Origin: an uncultured Chlamydiae bacterium
GTDB taxonomy: Bacteria > Chlamydiota > Chlamydiia > Chlamydiales > Parachlamydiaceae
Direction: 5' to 3'
DNA length: 64,000 bases
Assembly: GCA_963754655.1 (NCBI GenBank)
Contig: CAVWGN010000001.1
Coordinates: forward strand, 1,536,001-1,600,000
The notes beneath the pieces were generated by a model. The model had not been told where the DNA came from and did no database searches. It was given only the letters and a program-made list of their open reading frames with translations. Below, piece by piece: positions 10,600 to 24,508 of the stretch. The first letter of the stretch is position 1. Every line of letters starts with the position of its first letter. The translations under genes were made by a program, and so were the position numbers.

Positions 10600-12252
10600 A
10601 TGATCATCAAACACTTTATCGTTAAGGCAGCCTGCTTTGGTATGCTTTTTTTTTGGGGAATAGGTCAACTCTTTGGCGATGAATTTCCGCTCAATCCACC
10701 AAAGAATTTTGTCTTGAATCCCGAATACATTGCGCTTCATCATCCTGTCACATCTTCACAAGTTCTCGCACAGCTTTATTTTGATCAAGGATTGACATTC
10801 ATTTATGCTTTTAACCATGATGCGGCTTATTGGTCATTTTTCAGAGCGTCAGAGGTTGATCCCGACATGGCCATGGCTTATTGGGGAATGGCCCTTGCTC
10901 TTGGTTCAAATATTAATATGGAGATTACTGGACAGCGAGAAAAATTTGCCTATGAAACAATTCAAAAAGCTCTGCAGCGATCAGCTAACGGACCTGAACA
11001 AGAACAAGACTATATCCGAGCACTTGCCCAACGCTATTCACAAGATCGTAATGCTGATAAAAAACAATTAGCTATTCAATACAGTCAGGCCATGCAAAAG
11101 CTTTCGAATAAGTATTTAGATGATCTAGATGCGGCGGTTTTGTATGCGGAAAGCCTTTTGGATGTCAATCCCTGGCATCAATGGAGTTCTGATGGCAAAC
11201 CGCTTGAAGGGACAATGGATGCTATTAGAACCCTGCAGTCAGTATTAAAGAGAGATCCCGATCACTTAGGAGCAAATCACTATTTCATTCATGCTGTAGA
11301 GGCTTCTCCCCATCCTGAAATTGCCCTTCTTCCTGCAGAGCGTTTAAAAAGACTGTTGCCTAGTTCAGGACACATCCTTCACATGCCTTCTCATATCTAT
11401 CTTTTAGTAGGAGATTATGCCCAAGCTGCTCAGTCGAATGAAACTGCAATTGCAGCAGATCGCGCATATATTCGGCAATATGGAATGGAGGGCATTTATC
11501 CTCTCCATTACCTTTCTCATAATCTCTACTTTCTTTCACGGGCTTACACGATGGAAGGACGATTTGAAGATGCAAGGTTGGCCTCTAATGAGCTGACAGC
11601 ATTTTATGGTCCTCATTTCAAAAAAATGGAGGATTTAGAGTATTATGCTTCAGCTCCTTTGACAGTTTTGATAACCTTTCATCGTTGGAAAGAGATTTTA
11701 GACATGCAAAAGCCTCAAGAGAATATGAAGGTTACGACTGCTTTATGGCGCTTTGGTCGAGCCATGGCATTCGCAACTTTAGGTCATTTTTCTCAAGCGT
11801 CTCAAGAACAGCATTTTTTTTTGGAGGAGAAGAGCCGGATTACTCCAGAACAAGTTTTTGGATATAACAAGGCAAATCAAATCCTGACTATTGCAGATTA
11901 TTGCCTTGCCGCTAAATTAGCAGAAGCCCAAGGAAACTCTAATGAGGCTGTGAGTTTTTTGCAACAAGCTGTGAGTGTACAAGATAGCCTCAGATATAAT
12001 GAACCTCCTGATTGGTTTTTCCCTATTAGAGAAACTTTTGGAGCTCTTCTATTGCGCCTCCAAAAGCCTGCAGAAGCCGAGAAGATCTTTAGACAAGAAT
12101 TACAAAGACATCCTCGCAGTGGACGGGCGCTATTTGGTTTAAAAGAAAGCTTAAAAGCTCAATCCAAAGCCTATGATGAGTATTGGGTCAATAAGGAGTT
12201 TCAACAAGCATGGAAATATAGTAAGATAAATTTGAATCTTAATGATCTATGA
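10600..12252 (+). CDS. Secreted TPR-repeat protein of unknown function
   Basis: Signal-like N-terminus, TPR-like helices, GANHYFIHAVE and HILHMPSHIY motifs. Confidence 0.7.
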   Translation: MIIKHFIVKAACFGMLFFWGIGQLFGDEFPLNPPKNFVLNPEYIALHHPVTSSQVLAQLYFDQGLTFIYAFNHDAAYWSFFRASEVDPDMAMAYWGMALALGSNINMEITGQREKFAYETIQKALQRSANGPEQEQDYIRALAQRYSQDRNADKKQLAIQYSQAMQKLSNKYLDDLDAAVLYAESLLDVNPWHQWSSDGKPLEGTMDAIRTLQSVLKRDPDHLGANHYFIHAVEASPHPEIALLPAERLKRLLPSSGHILHMPSHIYLLVGDYAQAAQSNETAIAADRAYIRQYGMEGIYPLHYLSHNLYFLSRAYTMEGRFEDARLASNELTAFYGPHFKKMEDLEYYASAPLTVLITFHRWKEILDMQKPQENMKVTTALWRFGRAMAFATLGHFSQASQEQHFFLEEKSRITPEQVFGYNKANQILTIADYCLAAKLAEAQGNSNEAVSFLQQAVSVQDSLRYNEPPDWFFPIRETFGALLLRLQKPAEAEKIFRQELQRHPRSGRALFGLKESLKAQSKAYDEYWVNKEFQQAWKYSKINLNLNDL

Positions 12253-12305
12253 AGATAAATATTCGACGATCTGTATTCGGGTTTTAAGGCTAGCGGAACA
12301 GCTCC

Positions 12306-13553
12306 TCATCCAATTTGTTTTGTTTCAGGCATGTAGAGGGCATAGAAAATGGCTCCCATAACAGCAATAGAGGCCAATATAAAAAAGCTAACATGAAATC
12401 CTAGAGAAGTGGCAATAAAACCTGCGATAACATTACTAAGAGAGGCCCCGATACTTGTAGATAAAGTACTCATCCCTTGTAAAAAATTAAAGCGGCCTGT
12501 CCCTACAGCTAAGTCTAAATTAATAACAGTGCTTATCACCCCAATAATGCCAGCAGCCATTCCATCTAATACTTGAATAGATAACAAGAGGAATGGATTA
12601 TCTGTCAAAGTGTAGAGAATGGCTCTGATTGGTAAAATGAAAAAAGCAGTTAAAAAAAGTGGCTTCCGGCCAATCTGGTTTACAATCAACCCTATTCCAA
12701 ATGCAGTGCCAATCATGATAAATTCTGCAATCAGCATACAAGCTGCTAAAAATAGAGCATCAGTATGAGGATTCTCATTAGCTAAAGTCTGCCCGATTAA
12801 TGCAATTTGAGATGCATTAGCAATGTAGTAAATGACGAGTGCAAAATTGAAAATTAAAATATTTTTATTTTTGAAGAGCTTCTTTAAGGAGATTGGTGGA
12901 ACTGCTTTTCTAGTTGCAGGATCTTCTGCTTGTTCTCGGGCTATTCGGTAATTAATTTCTTCTGGTCGAATAAAAAATAAAGATAGCAAACTAGCAATGG
13001 CAAATAAAATGACAATATAGAAAATCCAATGATGTCCATACAGATAACTGACTAAGCCAATGATTAAAGCTGTAAAAACATTCCCTGAATGATTCCACAT
13101 TTCATTTCTACTCGCTCGCTGTGGATATCTCTTTCTTCCAAAAATTCCTAAAGTAATAGCGCCAAGAGCCGGTGCAATAATGGCTATCGCAATGCCCATC
13201 ATCAATTGAGCAAAAATGAGAGAGCCAAAACTTGATCCTGCTAAAATAAGAGCACAGCCTCCCATAATGCAAAGACATGAAAGGGCAATTAAACTTCGTT
13301 TGGAATGAGAAGCATCTACTGCCATCCCGGCTGGTAATTGACTGACCACCGCAGAAAGATCAATCGAGGCAAGGGCAAATCCTATCCTGGTGGGATCCCA
13401 TCTCAAATCACTGTGCAAATAAATCGATAAAAGAGGACCCACTCCATGTCTGACATCTGAAATAAAAAAAAGCAAACCATTCAATCCCCAAATCGTTTGC
13501 TGAGAAGGCTTGTCATTATCTGCATAAGAAATAGAAATTTGTCTTTTGGTCAT
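12306..13553 (-). CDS. MFS transporter
   Basis: About 12 hydrophobic segments, IGRKPLF motif-A-like loop. Confidence 0.85.
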   Translation of the reverse strand: MTKRQISISYADNDKPSQQTIWGLNGLLFFISDVRHGVGPLLSIYLHSDLRWDPTRIGFALASIDLSAVVSQLPAGMAVDASHSKRSLIALSCLCIMGGCALILAGSSFGSLIFAQLMMGIAIAIIAPALGAITLGIFGRKRYPQRASRNEMWNHSGNVFTALIIGLVSYLYGHHWIFYIVILFAIASLLSLFFIRPEEINYRIAREQAEDPATRKAVPPISLKKLFKNKNILIFNFALVIYYIANASQIALIGQTLANENPHTDALFLAACMLIAEFIMIGTAFGIGLIVNQIGRKPLFLTAFFILPIRAILYTLTDNPFLLLSIQVLDGMAAGIIGVISTVINLDLAVGTGRFNFLQGMSTLSTSIGASLSNVIAGFIATSLGFHVSFFILASIAVMGAIFYALYMPETKQIG

Positions 13554-13738
13554 CCGCCTTTTCTCCTTTAATCAATAAACGAACGAATCTTCTCACTAAC
13601 AAGTATTTTTTTCCATCCAATGCTTCTTCTATAAAAAATTAATAGATTAGTGTTAAATAAATTCAATTAAGTTTATATTGACTTTGTTTTGAAATTAAAT
13701 TAAAATTTTAATTATTTAAACTTAAATAAAGACCAATC

Positions 13739-15160
13739 ATGAATTCTTCCTATCAATTAACGCGCTATCCCATTGGAAGCTTAAGAGAAATTTGGACCAT
13801 TTCATGGCCTTTAATGTTGGGACTTCTTTCCACGAGTTTAATGATGTTTGCCGACCGCTTATTGTTGGCACGCTATTCTACCGCGGCATTAAATGCTTGT
13901 GCGACTTCGTCAATGGCTGCCTATCTTGTCTTGATTATTCCTTTAATCACTGCTGGAATCTCAGAAGTTTTTGTTGGAAGAAATCATGGGGCTGGCAAGA
14001 TGTTGGAAGTGGGGAAAGCGGTTTGGCCAATGCTTTGGCTGTCATTGGGAACTTTTCCATTCTTTTTTTTATGCGCCGATCTTCTTCCCTTCATTTTATT
14101 TTCAGGTACAGGAAATGAGAAATTGGAAACGGATTATTTTCAATGGCTGATTTATTTCGGACCATTCTTTTGCTCGACAATTGCTCTAACTGGTTTTTTT
14201 ATTGGAATTGGAAGAGTGACGATAGTCACTTGGTGTGCTCTAGTGGGAAATGCAGTGAATATTGGTTTGGATATTCTTCTCATTTTTGGATATGACGTCA
14301 TTCCTGCAATGGGAGTTAAAGGAGCTGCACTTGCGACGGGGCTTGCACAGATTATGCAAACTCTTTTTTTGGGCATTCTATTTTTGCGGAAATCCTTTCG
14401 AACTCTGTATGGAACTACCCATTATCGATTTAATTTCAATGATTTTAAAGAGAGCATCCGAATTGGTTTTCCGGCAGCTTTAGGTCGATTTCAGGAACTC
14501 ATCGGCCATTTTGTGTTTCTCCGCATTGTGTTGATATCCGGAAGTGAAAATCTGACCATTGTGACAGTCATTCAAAGCTTATATCTTTTAATGTGTTTTA
14601 TTATAGAAGGGCTTTCAAAAGGAGTTTCATCTATTGCTGCCAATTTAATTGGCGGAAAGCAAAGCGATGATTTTATTGATAAAGTCATAAAATCAGCTTG
14701 CAAGATACAGAGCATCTTTGCTGGTTTATTATTTATTGCGTGGATGGCGTTTGCGGAGCCTTTGCTTACCCTTTTCTTCTCAAATCAAGAGATTTCCTTA
14801 TTGCAGAACCCAGAATACAGAGAGATTGCTTATCAGGCTCTTTTTTGGATGGGTATCTTTTTCTTATTTGATGGATTTGGCTGGATTTACATGGGATTCT
14901 TGACGGCCTGCGGGGATACCAAATTTTTGCTTTACGCAGGGGTAGCCCTGAATTGGCTAGCCTATATTCTGCCTGCTTACTTGGTCTTGGGACTAGCCCA
15001 TGGAACGGCTGCTCAAGGATGGATGCTGATTGCCTGGTATTCAATCATCACATTTTTAACCTATCGTTGGCGCTATAAATTGGGATCTTGGAAAGCTAAG
15101 ATTACACAGAGTGACCTAGAAACAGATGCAAAAGAGCTGCCAGCTCTCTCAGGATCTTAA
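13739..15160 (+). CDS. MATE family efflux transporter
   Basis: ISWPLML...FADRLLLARY, NIGLDILLIFG...MGVKGAALATG. Confidence 0.88.
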   Translation: MNSSYQLTRYPIGSLREIWTISWPLMLGLLSTSLMMFADRLLLARYSTAALNACATSSMAAYLVLIIPLITAGISEVFVGRNHGAGKMLEVGKAVWPMLWLSLGTFPFFFLCADLLPFILFSGTGNEKLETDYFQWLIYFGPFFCSTIALTGFFIGIGRVTIVTWCALVGNAVNIGLDILLIFGYDVIPAMGVKGAALATGLAQIMQTLFLGILFLRKSFRTLYGTTHYRFNFNDFKESIRIGFPAALGRFQELIGHFVFLRIVLISGSENLTIVTVIQSLYLLMCFIIEGLSKGVSSIAANLIGGKQSDDFIDKVIKSACKIQSIFAGLLFIAWMAFAEPLLTLFFSNQEISLLQNPEYREIAYQALFWMGIFFLFDGFGWIYMGFLTACGDTKFLLYAGVALNWLAYILPAYLVLGLAHGTAAQGWMLIAWYSIITFLTYRWRYKLGSWKAKITQSDLETDAKELPALSGS

Positions 15161-15221
15161 GGAATATAACAGAATCAAAACCTTTGGTCTTAAATAATTG
15201 TCAGCCAGACCAGTACCTGTT

Positions 15222-15250
15222 CCATACGCATCAAGCTAAGAGATGAGCTT
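15222..15250 (+). repeat. Short relic of the dispersed GCGTTAAGGTAAGAGATG repeat family
   Basis: CCATACGCATCAAGCTAAGAGATGAGC, nearly identical to 24636..24661 and related to 831.. and 61370.. Confidence 0.6.
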
Positions 15251-15312
15251 AATGAGTGGAAATTTTTAATGATTGTTTGCTAAAATGCTGATAAATCAGA
15301 TAAGAGAAATGG

Positions 15313-16335
15313 ATGTTAAAAGATCAGATTAGAAGTTTAGATTCTTCTTATCACAAATTGATTAAGACCTTACCCTTTCAGCCTGCCGCTGGATTATCTT
15401 CACCACATTTGCAAACAATTTTACCTTCTCTGCTAGGCAGGGGCGGAATTGAGCCTCCCTCTTCCCATTTTTTTATTTCACTTGAAGATGGAGATATGCT
15501 TTGCAGCAAAATGTCAATACCACCCCATTGGAAACCCCATCAGAAAACGATTGTGTTGTTGCCTGGTTTAGGAGGGTCGGATGCTTCTGATTATATAGTT
15601 CGGATAAGCCGTAAATTTTATGAGAGAGGTTATCGCATACTCCGTTTAAACTTGAGGGGATCAGTCTCAGGGGTTGAGTTTGCTCAGCGTCCCTATCATG
15701 GAGGAACAAGCCAAGACATTTTGCAAGTCGTTCAGACTTTAAAACGGCAAACACCTCAATCGCCCATTTTATTAATAGGATTTTCTCTTGGAGGCAATAT
15801 CATCTTAAAACTTTTAGGAGAGTTGGGAGAGCAAGCTTCATCTTTGATAGAAATGGCTATTGCAATTTGTACGCCGATTGATTTAAAGCAAACCATGGAT
15901 CTTTTATCAATAGGGATTAATCGATTGTATCATCGTTATTATGTGAGGAAATTGCAACAGATCGCTTCTCGTTGGATTGGAAAGCATTCTATTCGATCTC
16001 TTCTAGATTTCGATAATCTTGTGACAGCTCATTATTGGGGATATCGCGATGCTTTTGATTACTATCAGCAGTGTAGCAGTAAGTTTTTTCTTCCCGATAT
16101 TCGAGGGTCTTGCCACCTTATTTTTTCTGCCGATGACCCCTTTGTCGATTATCGTGCAGCTCTGCAATATCCTCTTTCTTCTGCGGTCAACATATGGCTT
16201 TCTCAACAAGGTGGTCATATGGGATTTTGGGGATGGTCCGGAAGGCAGCATGGCTATAATTGGCTAGATGCATTTTTAATTAAATTAGTCCATGATCAAG
16301 ACTTATCTAAGGAACATAAGACTCTTCCCTCATAG
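15313..16335 (+). CDS. YheT-family alpha/beta hydrolase
   Basis: PHLQTI, PGLGGS, GFSLGGN nucleophile elbow, DDPF, GGHMGF. Confidence 0.85.
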   Translation: MLKDQIRSLDSSYHKLIKTLPFQPAAGLSSPHLQTILPSLLGRGGIEPPSSHFFISLEDGDMLCSKMSIPPHWKPHQKTIVLLPGLGGSDASDYIVRISRKFYERGYRILRLNLRGSVSGVEFAQRPYHGGTSQDILQVVQTLKRQTPQSPILLIGFSLGGNIILKLLGELGEQASSLIEMAIAICTPIDLKQTMDLLSIGINRLYHRYYVRKLQQIASRWIGKHSIRSLLDFDNLVTAHYWGYRDAFDYYQQCSSKFFLPDIRGSCHLIFSADDPFVDYRAALQYPLSSAVNIWLSQQGGHMGFWGWSGRQHGYNWLDAFLIKLVHDQDLSKEHKTLPS

Positions 16336-16410
16336 GTTCAATATTAAGATTGCAGGTGAATCAGACATTTCATAATATGATTTTTATCGAAGCTAAGCAT
16401 AGGAAATGAT

Positions 16411-19257
16411 ATGTCTGCTCTATTAGATCCTTTTCAGACTTTGAAATCCATCAAACAAGGGAAATATTATTCTCTTCCTGCTTTGGCAGAAAAAGGCTTG
16501 TCTTCGATTAGACGGCTTCCCATCTCCATTCGCATCATTTTGGAATCTTTATTGCGCAATTGTGATGGGAAACGAGTAGAAGAAGCAGACGTCATTCAAT
16601 TGGCAAAATGGAATGCCCAGCATCCACAAGAAGGAGATGTCCCTTTTATTGTGTCAAGGGTGATTTTACAAGATTTTACAGGTGTCCCACTGCTTGTTGA
16701 TTTAGCCGCTATGCGCGATGCTGTCTCTCGTGTAGGAAAAAATCCCACTATAATTGAACCGCAAGTTCCAGTCGATCTTGTCATCGACCACTCAGTACAG
16801 GTTGATCGTGCGCGAACACCTGATGCCTTTAACTTTAATGTGGAAGTCGAATTTGAACGTAATCAGGAACGCTACACATTTTTGAAGTGGGGGCAGCAAG
16901 CTTTTGAAACTTTTAAAGTTGTACCTCCTGCAATTGGCATTATTCATCAAGTCAATTTAGAACATATTGCCACTGTTGTTTCTTCTAAACAAATCAATGA
17001 TCAAATGTTGCTTTATCCTGATACCTTAGTGGGGACCGATTCTCATACTACTATGATCAATGGGTTGGGAGTTGTGGGCTGGGGCGTTGGGGGAATTGAA
17101 GCTGAAGCTGCGATGTTGGGGCAACCTGTTTCTTTGCAAACTCCTGAAGTCATTGGAGTTTATCTTAAAGGACGTTTGCGAGAAGGAGTGACAGCAACCG
17201 ATCTTACTTTACGTATCACTGAAATGCTGCGCCATGAAAAAGTAGTAGGCAAATTTGTCGAATTTTTTGGCGAAGGAGCTGCTAGTTTGACGGTCGCCGA
17301 TCGCGCCACCATTGGAAATATGGCTCCCGAATATGGAGCAACCATGGGGTTTTTTCCAGTAGATGATAAGACATTGAAATACTTAGAGATGACGGGACGA
17401 GATCCAAAAGCAATTGCTCTAGTTCGCGACTACCTCGTTGCCCAAGAACTGTTTGGCATTCCAATGAAGGGACAGGTAGATTATACGAAAGAGCTGGAAC
17501 TTGATTTGAGTTCAATTCGATCTTCCGTCTCAGGACCCAAGCGTCCACAAGATCGTATGGATCTTCCAAAAATTAAATCACGCTTTGAAGAACTTCTTGC
17601 AGCTCCTGTTGCTTCGGGTGGATATGGCAAGGAAAAAGAGGAGGGACCTTTTCCTCAAGTTTGCATACACTCAGACGGCTATTTTTCTTTATTACCTCAG
17701 GAAAGTGGAGGGACTGAACGAATGGGTCCCAAAAATTCGAAAGTTTTTTGGAGTGAAGAAGAAATGGTCAATAACCGGCCTTTTACCAAAGTCGTGACAA
17801 CTCCCGGTTATTCTGAGTCAGTGGCTGCTGATGTCGTTCTCACCCATGGCTCCATTGTGATTGCAGCCATTACAAGCTGTACCAATACAAGTAATCCAAG
17901 CGTCATGCTAGCTGCTGGATTATTAGCCAAAAAGGCAGTCGAAAAGGGATTGAAAGTCAACCCCATGATTAAAACGAGCTTGGCTCCCGGTTCGCGTGTC
18001 GTGACAGATTATCTAGTCAAGGCAGGCCTACAAAGCTATTTAAACGCCCTCGGCTTTGAGCTCGTGGGCTATGGCTGTACGACTTGTATTGGGAATAGCG
18101 GACCTTTAGATGAACGAATCGAAGAAGCGATTAAAGAGCATGATTTAATCACTGCTAGCGTCCTTAGCGGAAATCGCAATTTTGAGGCAAGAATTCATGG
18201 TTCTGTCAAAGCTAATTTTTTGATGTCGCCTCCTCTGGTAGTGGCTTTTGCCATTGCGGGGCGAGTAGATATCGACTTAGAACATGAACCTCTAGCTTAT
18301 ACCCAAGAAGGGGTGCCTATTTTTTTAAAAGATATTTGGCCATCATCAGGCGAAATCGAGCAAGCGATGAGCAATTCTGTTGAACCCAGTATGTTCAAAC
18401 ATCGCTATGCCCATATTTTGCAAGATAATCCGATGTGGGAATTGATTCAAACGAGCGAGGGGGCTCAGTATCAATGGGATCCGGCAAGCACCTATATTCA
18501 GAATCCTCCTTATTTTGAGGGGTTTAGTCTTCATGCTCCCAAGCGTATGGAATTGCGCAATATGCGTCCTCTTACTATCTTTGGAGATTCTGTGACAACA
18601 GACCATATCTCGCCTGCAGGAGCTTTTAAGCCCAATTCTCCTGCTGGACAATATCTTCTTTCTTTAGGCGTCAGAGAAGAGGATTTTAATAGTTATGGTA
18701 GTCGTAGGGGAAATCACCATATTATGATGCGCGGGACTTTTGCCAACGTTCGCATTCGCAATAAAATGGCAAATGGCAAAGAAGGGGGATATACAACGTT
18801 AATGCCGGAAAGAAAGGTGACCACGATTTTTGAAGCTTGCGAAGAATATGCAAAGCGTCAAACACCGCTTATTATTTTTGCAGGAAAAGACTATGGCATG
18901 GGAAGTTCCCGTGATTGGGCTGCTAAAGGCCCTGCCCTTTTAGGAGTTAAAGTGGTAGTCGCGCAAAGTTTTGAACGCATTCACCGCAGCAATCTCATTG
19001 GAATGGGAATTTTGCCCTTGCAGTTTCAAGAGGAAGAAAATACTGATAGTTTAGGGATTACAGGAGATGAAATTTTTTCCCTAGAAGGGATTGAAAACGA
19101 ATTAACTCCACAGCAAGAAGTCGTTTTAGCTATTCAGAAGCCTGATCAATCCATCCAGCGGGTCAAGCTGCGATCTCGGCTTGATACTCCGCTAGAAGTA
19201 GAATACTATCAGCAAGGAGGCATTTTGCCTTTTGTCTTGCGACAACTCTTATCCTAG
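16411..19257 (+). CDS. acnA: Aconitate hydratase A
   Basis: [54 protein letters not shown]. Confidence 0.97.
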   Translation: MSALLDPFQTLKSIKQGKYYSLPALAEKGLSSIRRLPISIRIILESLLRNCDGKRVEEADVIQLAKWNAQHPQEGDVPFIVSRVILQDFTGVPLLVDLAAMRDAVSRVGKNPTIIEPQVPVDLVIDHSVQVDRARTPDAFNFNVEVEFERNQERYTFLKWGQQAFETFKVVPPAIGIIHQVNLEHIATVVSSKQINDQMLLYPDTLVGTDSHTTMINGLGVVGWGVGGIEAEAAMLGQPVSLQTPEVIGVYLKGRLREGVTATDLTLRITEMLRHEKVVGKFVEFFGEGAASLTVADRATIGNMAPEYGATMGFFPVDDKTLKYLEMTGRDPKAIALVRDYLVAQELFGIPMKGQVDYTKELELDLSSIRSSVSGPKRPQDRMDLPKIKSRFEELLAAPVASGGYGKEKEEGPFPQVCIHSDGYFSLLPQESGGTERMGPKNSKVFWSEEEMVNNRPFTKVVTTPGYSESVAADVVLTHGSIVIAAITSCTNTSNPSVMLAAGLLAKKAVEKGLKVNPMIKTSLAPGSRVVTDYLVKAGLQSYLNALGFELVGYGCTTCIGNSGPLDERIEEAIKEHDLITASVLSGNRNFEARIHGSVKANFLMSPPLVVAFAIAGRVDIDLEHEPLAYTQEGVPIFLKDIWPSSGEIEQAMSNSVEPSMFKHRYAHILQDNPMWELIQTSEGAQYQWDPASTYIQNPPYFEGFSLHAPKRMELRNMRPLTIFGDSVTTDHISPAGAFKPNSPAGQYLLSLGVREEDFNSYGSRRGNHHIMMRGTFANVRIRNKMANGKEGGYTTLMPERKVTTIFEACEEYAKRQTPLIIFAGKDYGMGSSRDWAAKGPALLGVKVVVAQSFERIHRSNLIGMGILPLQFQEEENTDSLGITGDEIFSLEGIENELTPQQEVVLAIQKPDQSIQRVKLRSRLDTPLEVEYYQQGGILPFVLRQLLS

Positions 19258-19332
19258 TAAAATTCAGTTGACAAGATTTCTCTTATCCACTCATAAGAAT
19301 TAAATTTAATTTCATTACCTTTAGGAGGAAAA

Positions 19333-20337
19333 ATGGAAGGTTTTAAGAGAGCTTTCATTAATAAAGAACAACTTCCTTTAATCATCCAGCCTTCTGCCAC
19401 AAGTCTTTCAAAAGACAATTTTTTTGATTTGCTTGCTTCTCAAAAATCATTGCTTAAACAACACTTAACTCAGTATGGTGCAATTCTATTTCGAGGCTTT
19501 CCTCTGCAAACAGCGGATGATTTTGCTAGGGCGGTTCGTTTCTTAGGTCTTGGAAATTTTGTCGATTATATAGGAGGAGATAGCCCCAGAAATAAAATTA
19601 ATGGGGATGTCTATACCTCTACAGAAGCTCCTCCTTCGGTTAAAATTCCCCTTCATAATGAGTTGTCATTTGTTAAGTATTATCCTAAAAACATTTACTT
19701 CTTTTGTGAAATCCCTCCTCAAGCCAAAGGGGAAACCATTATTGCGGATGCCAGGAAAGTGTTAAAAGCGATTGATCCCGCTGTCAAGCAGCGCTTTATT
19801 GATAAAGGATTACGCTATGTTTCCTGTTACTATTATAAAAGCTTCATTATGGATTTGCTTAATAAAATTCAGCCTTCTCATAAAAAATGGATTCAAGTTT
19901 TTGAGACACACTCCAAACAAGAAGTGGAACGCAAATGTCAAGAGCATGAATTTGAATATCAATGGGCAAAAAATGACTGGCTACAAATTAGCCAGGTACG
20001 ACCAGCTGTGATGGCTCATCCAGAAACTGGAGAAAAAGTGTGGTTCAATCAAGCCCATCTTTATGATTTCAACCCAAAACTCTTAGGATCTTGGCGCTAT
20101 ATTGGAGCAAAACTTTTCTATTGTCGTAAACATACAAAGCTCCATCAAATCTTTTATGCTGATAATTATCCTATTCCAAGGGCAGATCTCTATCATGTGT
20201 TAGATGTATTGGATGATCAAACAATCTATTTTCCTTGGCAAAAAGGCGATCTTTTGGTGTTAGATAATGTTCTGGCTATGCATGGACGTGCAACTTTTCA
20301 AGGTAAGCGTCGTATTTTAACTGCAATGACTAGTTAA
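19333..20337 (+). CDS. TauD/TfdA family Fe(II)/2-oxoglutarate dioxygenase (SyrP-like)
   Basis: GAILFRGF, IPLHNELS (HxE), DNVLAMHGR, RRIL. Confidence 0.85.
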   Translation: MEGFKRAFINKEQLPLIIQPSATSLSKDNFFDLLASQKSLLKQHLTQYGAILFRGFPLQTADDFARAVRFLGLGNFVDYIGGDSPRNKINGDVYTSTEAPPSVKIPLHNELSFVKYYPKNIYFFCEIPPQAKGETIIADARKVLKAIDPAVKQRFIDKGLRYVSCYYYKSFIMDLLNKIQPSHKKWIQVFETHSKQEVERKCQEHEFEYQWAKNDWLQISQVRPAVMAHPETGEKVWFNQAHLYDFNPKLLGSWRYIGAKLFYCRKHTKLHQIFYADNYPIPRADLYHVLDVLDDQTIYFPWQKGDLLVLDNVLAMHGRATFQGKRRILTAMTS

Positions 20338-20373
20338 TGCAAAAAATCCAATATTTAAATTGAGAGATGTCGC

Positions 20374-21018
20374 ATGAAAGTTTGCCCATTCATTTTAAGT
20401 TTTCTATGCTGTTTTTCTTTTTCTTGCTTTAGTCAAGAAATGTTAACAACGCCTAGTACAACACATTCTATTTTACCAATTTTCAGTCAACGTCATAGTG
20501 GTAGAAGCTATGATTCTTCACGTCCTGTTACGAAAGAACACATTCTCTTGTTAGCAAAGGCTGCTAGTTTAGCACCTTCTTCTTCTAATAATCAACCATG
20601 GATTTTTATTTTTTGTGATCGCACAATGGATCCTAATGCCTATGCAAAAGCAATGAAAGGACTTGTTGAATTCAACCAAGGTTGGGCAAAAAATGCTCCT
20701 CTTTTAGTGATCATTTCAGCTGATACAAAATCGAGACGAACAAAGCAAGATAATCACTGGGGACCTTATGACACGGGAGCTGCGGCTGTCTGCATGGCTT
20801 TACAGGCTGCTGGAATGGGGCTGATGGCTCACCAAATGGGTGGATTTGATGCAGATGTTATTCGGAAGGAATTCAGTATTCCTGAGCAATATATTCCCAT
20901 GTCCGTCATGGCTATTGGATATGAATCCTCAGCAGAAGCTGTAAGAGTTCCCGCTAAAGAGCGTCAACCTTTACAAGAGAATTTTTTTATAGGAAGCTGG
21001 GGAAAGGGCCTCGAGTAG
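20374..21018 (+). CDS. Nitroreductase family protein with N-terminal signal-like segment
   Basis: RHSGRSY, APSSSNNQPW, YDTGAA, HQMGGFD. Confidence 0.88.
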   Translation: MKVCPFILSFLCCFSFSCFSQEMLTTPSTTHSILPIFSQRHSGRSYDSSRPVTKEHILLLAKAASLAPSSSNNQPWIFIFCDRTMDPNAYAKAMKGLVEFNQGWAKNAPLLVIISADTKSRRTKQDNHWGPYDTGAAAVCMALQAAGMGLMAHQMGGFDADVIRKEFSIPEQYIPMSVMAIGYESSAEAVRVPAKERQPLQENFFIGSWGKGLE

Positions 21019-21446
21019 ATAATAGTTATCTTTGCGATAAATGAATTACGTTACATCAATTTTTTATTTTATTAGAGTTTTGTGTTGACCTTCTTCCCTT
21101 CCAATCTACTTTGAATGAATAACAAAAAATTATGTGTTTGATTATAAATCCTCTGAGTCTAAAAATTACTGCTATCAGGTTGAAAAATAAAATTATTGAT
21201 TGACATGATGTTAGATCGATTATTAAAGTGTGAAATAATTATATTAAGTGGAGCTTTTTTAGGCTCAGTTAAATGATGTAAAATCCAGGCTTGTCCGTCA
21301 TTTAAAATAAAAGTTTGGGAAATATCGGTTAAATATTCTCTTATGTTTTATTTTAGATAATGCATTAAAGTGTCTCTTTCATTTACTCAACTGAATTTAA
21401 AAGATAAACTCTAAGGGATTTGAACGGTTAAGTATAATGAGGATAC

Positions 21447-23456
<2,010 letters not shown>

Positions 23457-23473
23457 CATAGGAAAATACTCGT

Positions 23474-24508
23474 ATGTCAGCTTTCAGAAAGATACATGTG
23501 GCATTAACAACCTTATTGCTAACAGTAGTCAGTCAGGCCCATGGTGAGTATTTTAACTCATCAACGAATGGAGAGTGTGGCTATTCCTGCGCTTGCGAAC
23601 TTGCTTATTATGGCAAAGGATTCATAAGTGCTGATCTCTTATATTGGAGAGCTTACGAGGGCGGGCTCGATAAATGTTTCCCCATTGAAGCTATCGATTA
23701 CGTCTCCTCGGATGGAAGCATCATTTCTAGGTTCAGAGGAAAGGGTGAAGATCCCCACTTTAATTGGGATGCAGGTTTTCGTCTTGGGACGGGGTATGAG
23801 TTTGCCTGCGGTTGGGATATAGCAGCATTTTGGACGCATTTTCATTCACAAGCAAGCAGGCATCATAGGAATGAGTACACATTCGGGAGCGAGCACGAAC
23901 TTCGATGGAAATTAGACTTTGATGTTGTGGATGTTATCGGAGCGCGCGAATTTGATTTAGGCTCCTGTGTTACATTAAGTCCTTTTGGTGGACTACGAGG
24001 CGCAAGAATTGAACAAAAGCTACATTCAAACGTTTTTAGTAGAGCTAATTTTTATTTGAAGTCAAGTTCAGCGAGCTTTTATTCGGATTTGAGCCCTTTA
24101 AGTGACTCATCCAGCAATTTCACAACATTTAATTCGCATAGCAAGCAAAAATTTTGGGGAATTGGTCCTTTAATTGGTATTGAAGCAGATTGGAATTTAG
24201 GATGTGGTTTAAGTTTATATGCAAATGCTTCCGTAGCTTTTTTATATGGGCATTTTCATTTGCGATCAAATGAGTCAGATAGGTTTCTAGAAGGCGCTGA
24301 CTTTTGCAATATGAAGCAGAGACTATATGCCTGCCAAACAGTTCTTGATGCTGGATTAGGTGTTCGTTGGCAAACATGTTTTTGCGGCGGTATTGTGTGG
24401 CTACAATTGGGTTTGGAACATCATAGCTATTTTAATCAAAATCGTTTAGGAGGTTATGGCGACTTGTGGTTGGATGGAGCAAATTTTTCGGCAGGCATCG
24501 TATTTTAA
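23474..24508 (+). CDS. Outer-membrane beta-barrel porin (Lpg1974/chlamydial MOMP-like family)
   Basis: Signal peptide, ADLLYWRA, GFRLGTGY, FWGIGPLIG, terminal Phe, Cys-rich. Confidence 0.8.
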   Translation: MSAFRKIHVALTTLLLTVVSQAHGEYFNSSTNGECGYSCACELAYYGKGFISADLLYWRAYEGGLDKCFPIEAIDYVSSDGSIISRFRGKGEDPHFNWDAGFRLGTGYEFACGWDIAAFWTHFHSQASRHHRNEYTFGSEHELRWKLDFDVVDVIGAREFDLGSCVTLSPFGGLRGARIEQKLHSNVFSRANFYLKSSSASFYSDLSPLSDSSSNFTTFNSHSKQKFWGIGPLIGIEADWNLGCGLSLYANASVAFLYGHFHLRSNESDRFLEGADFCNMKQRLYACQTVLDAGLGVRWQTCFCGGIVWLQLGLEHHSYFNQNRLGGYGDLWLDGANFSAGIVF

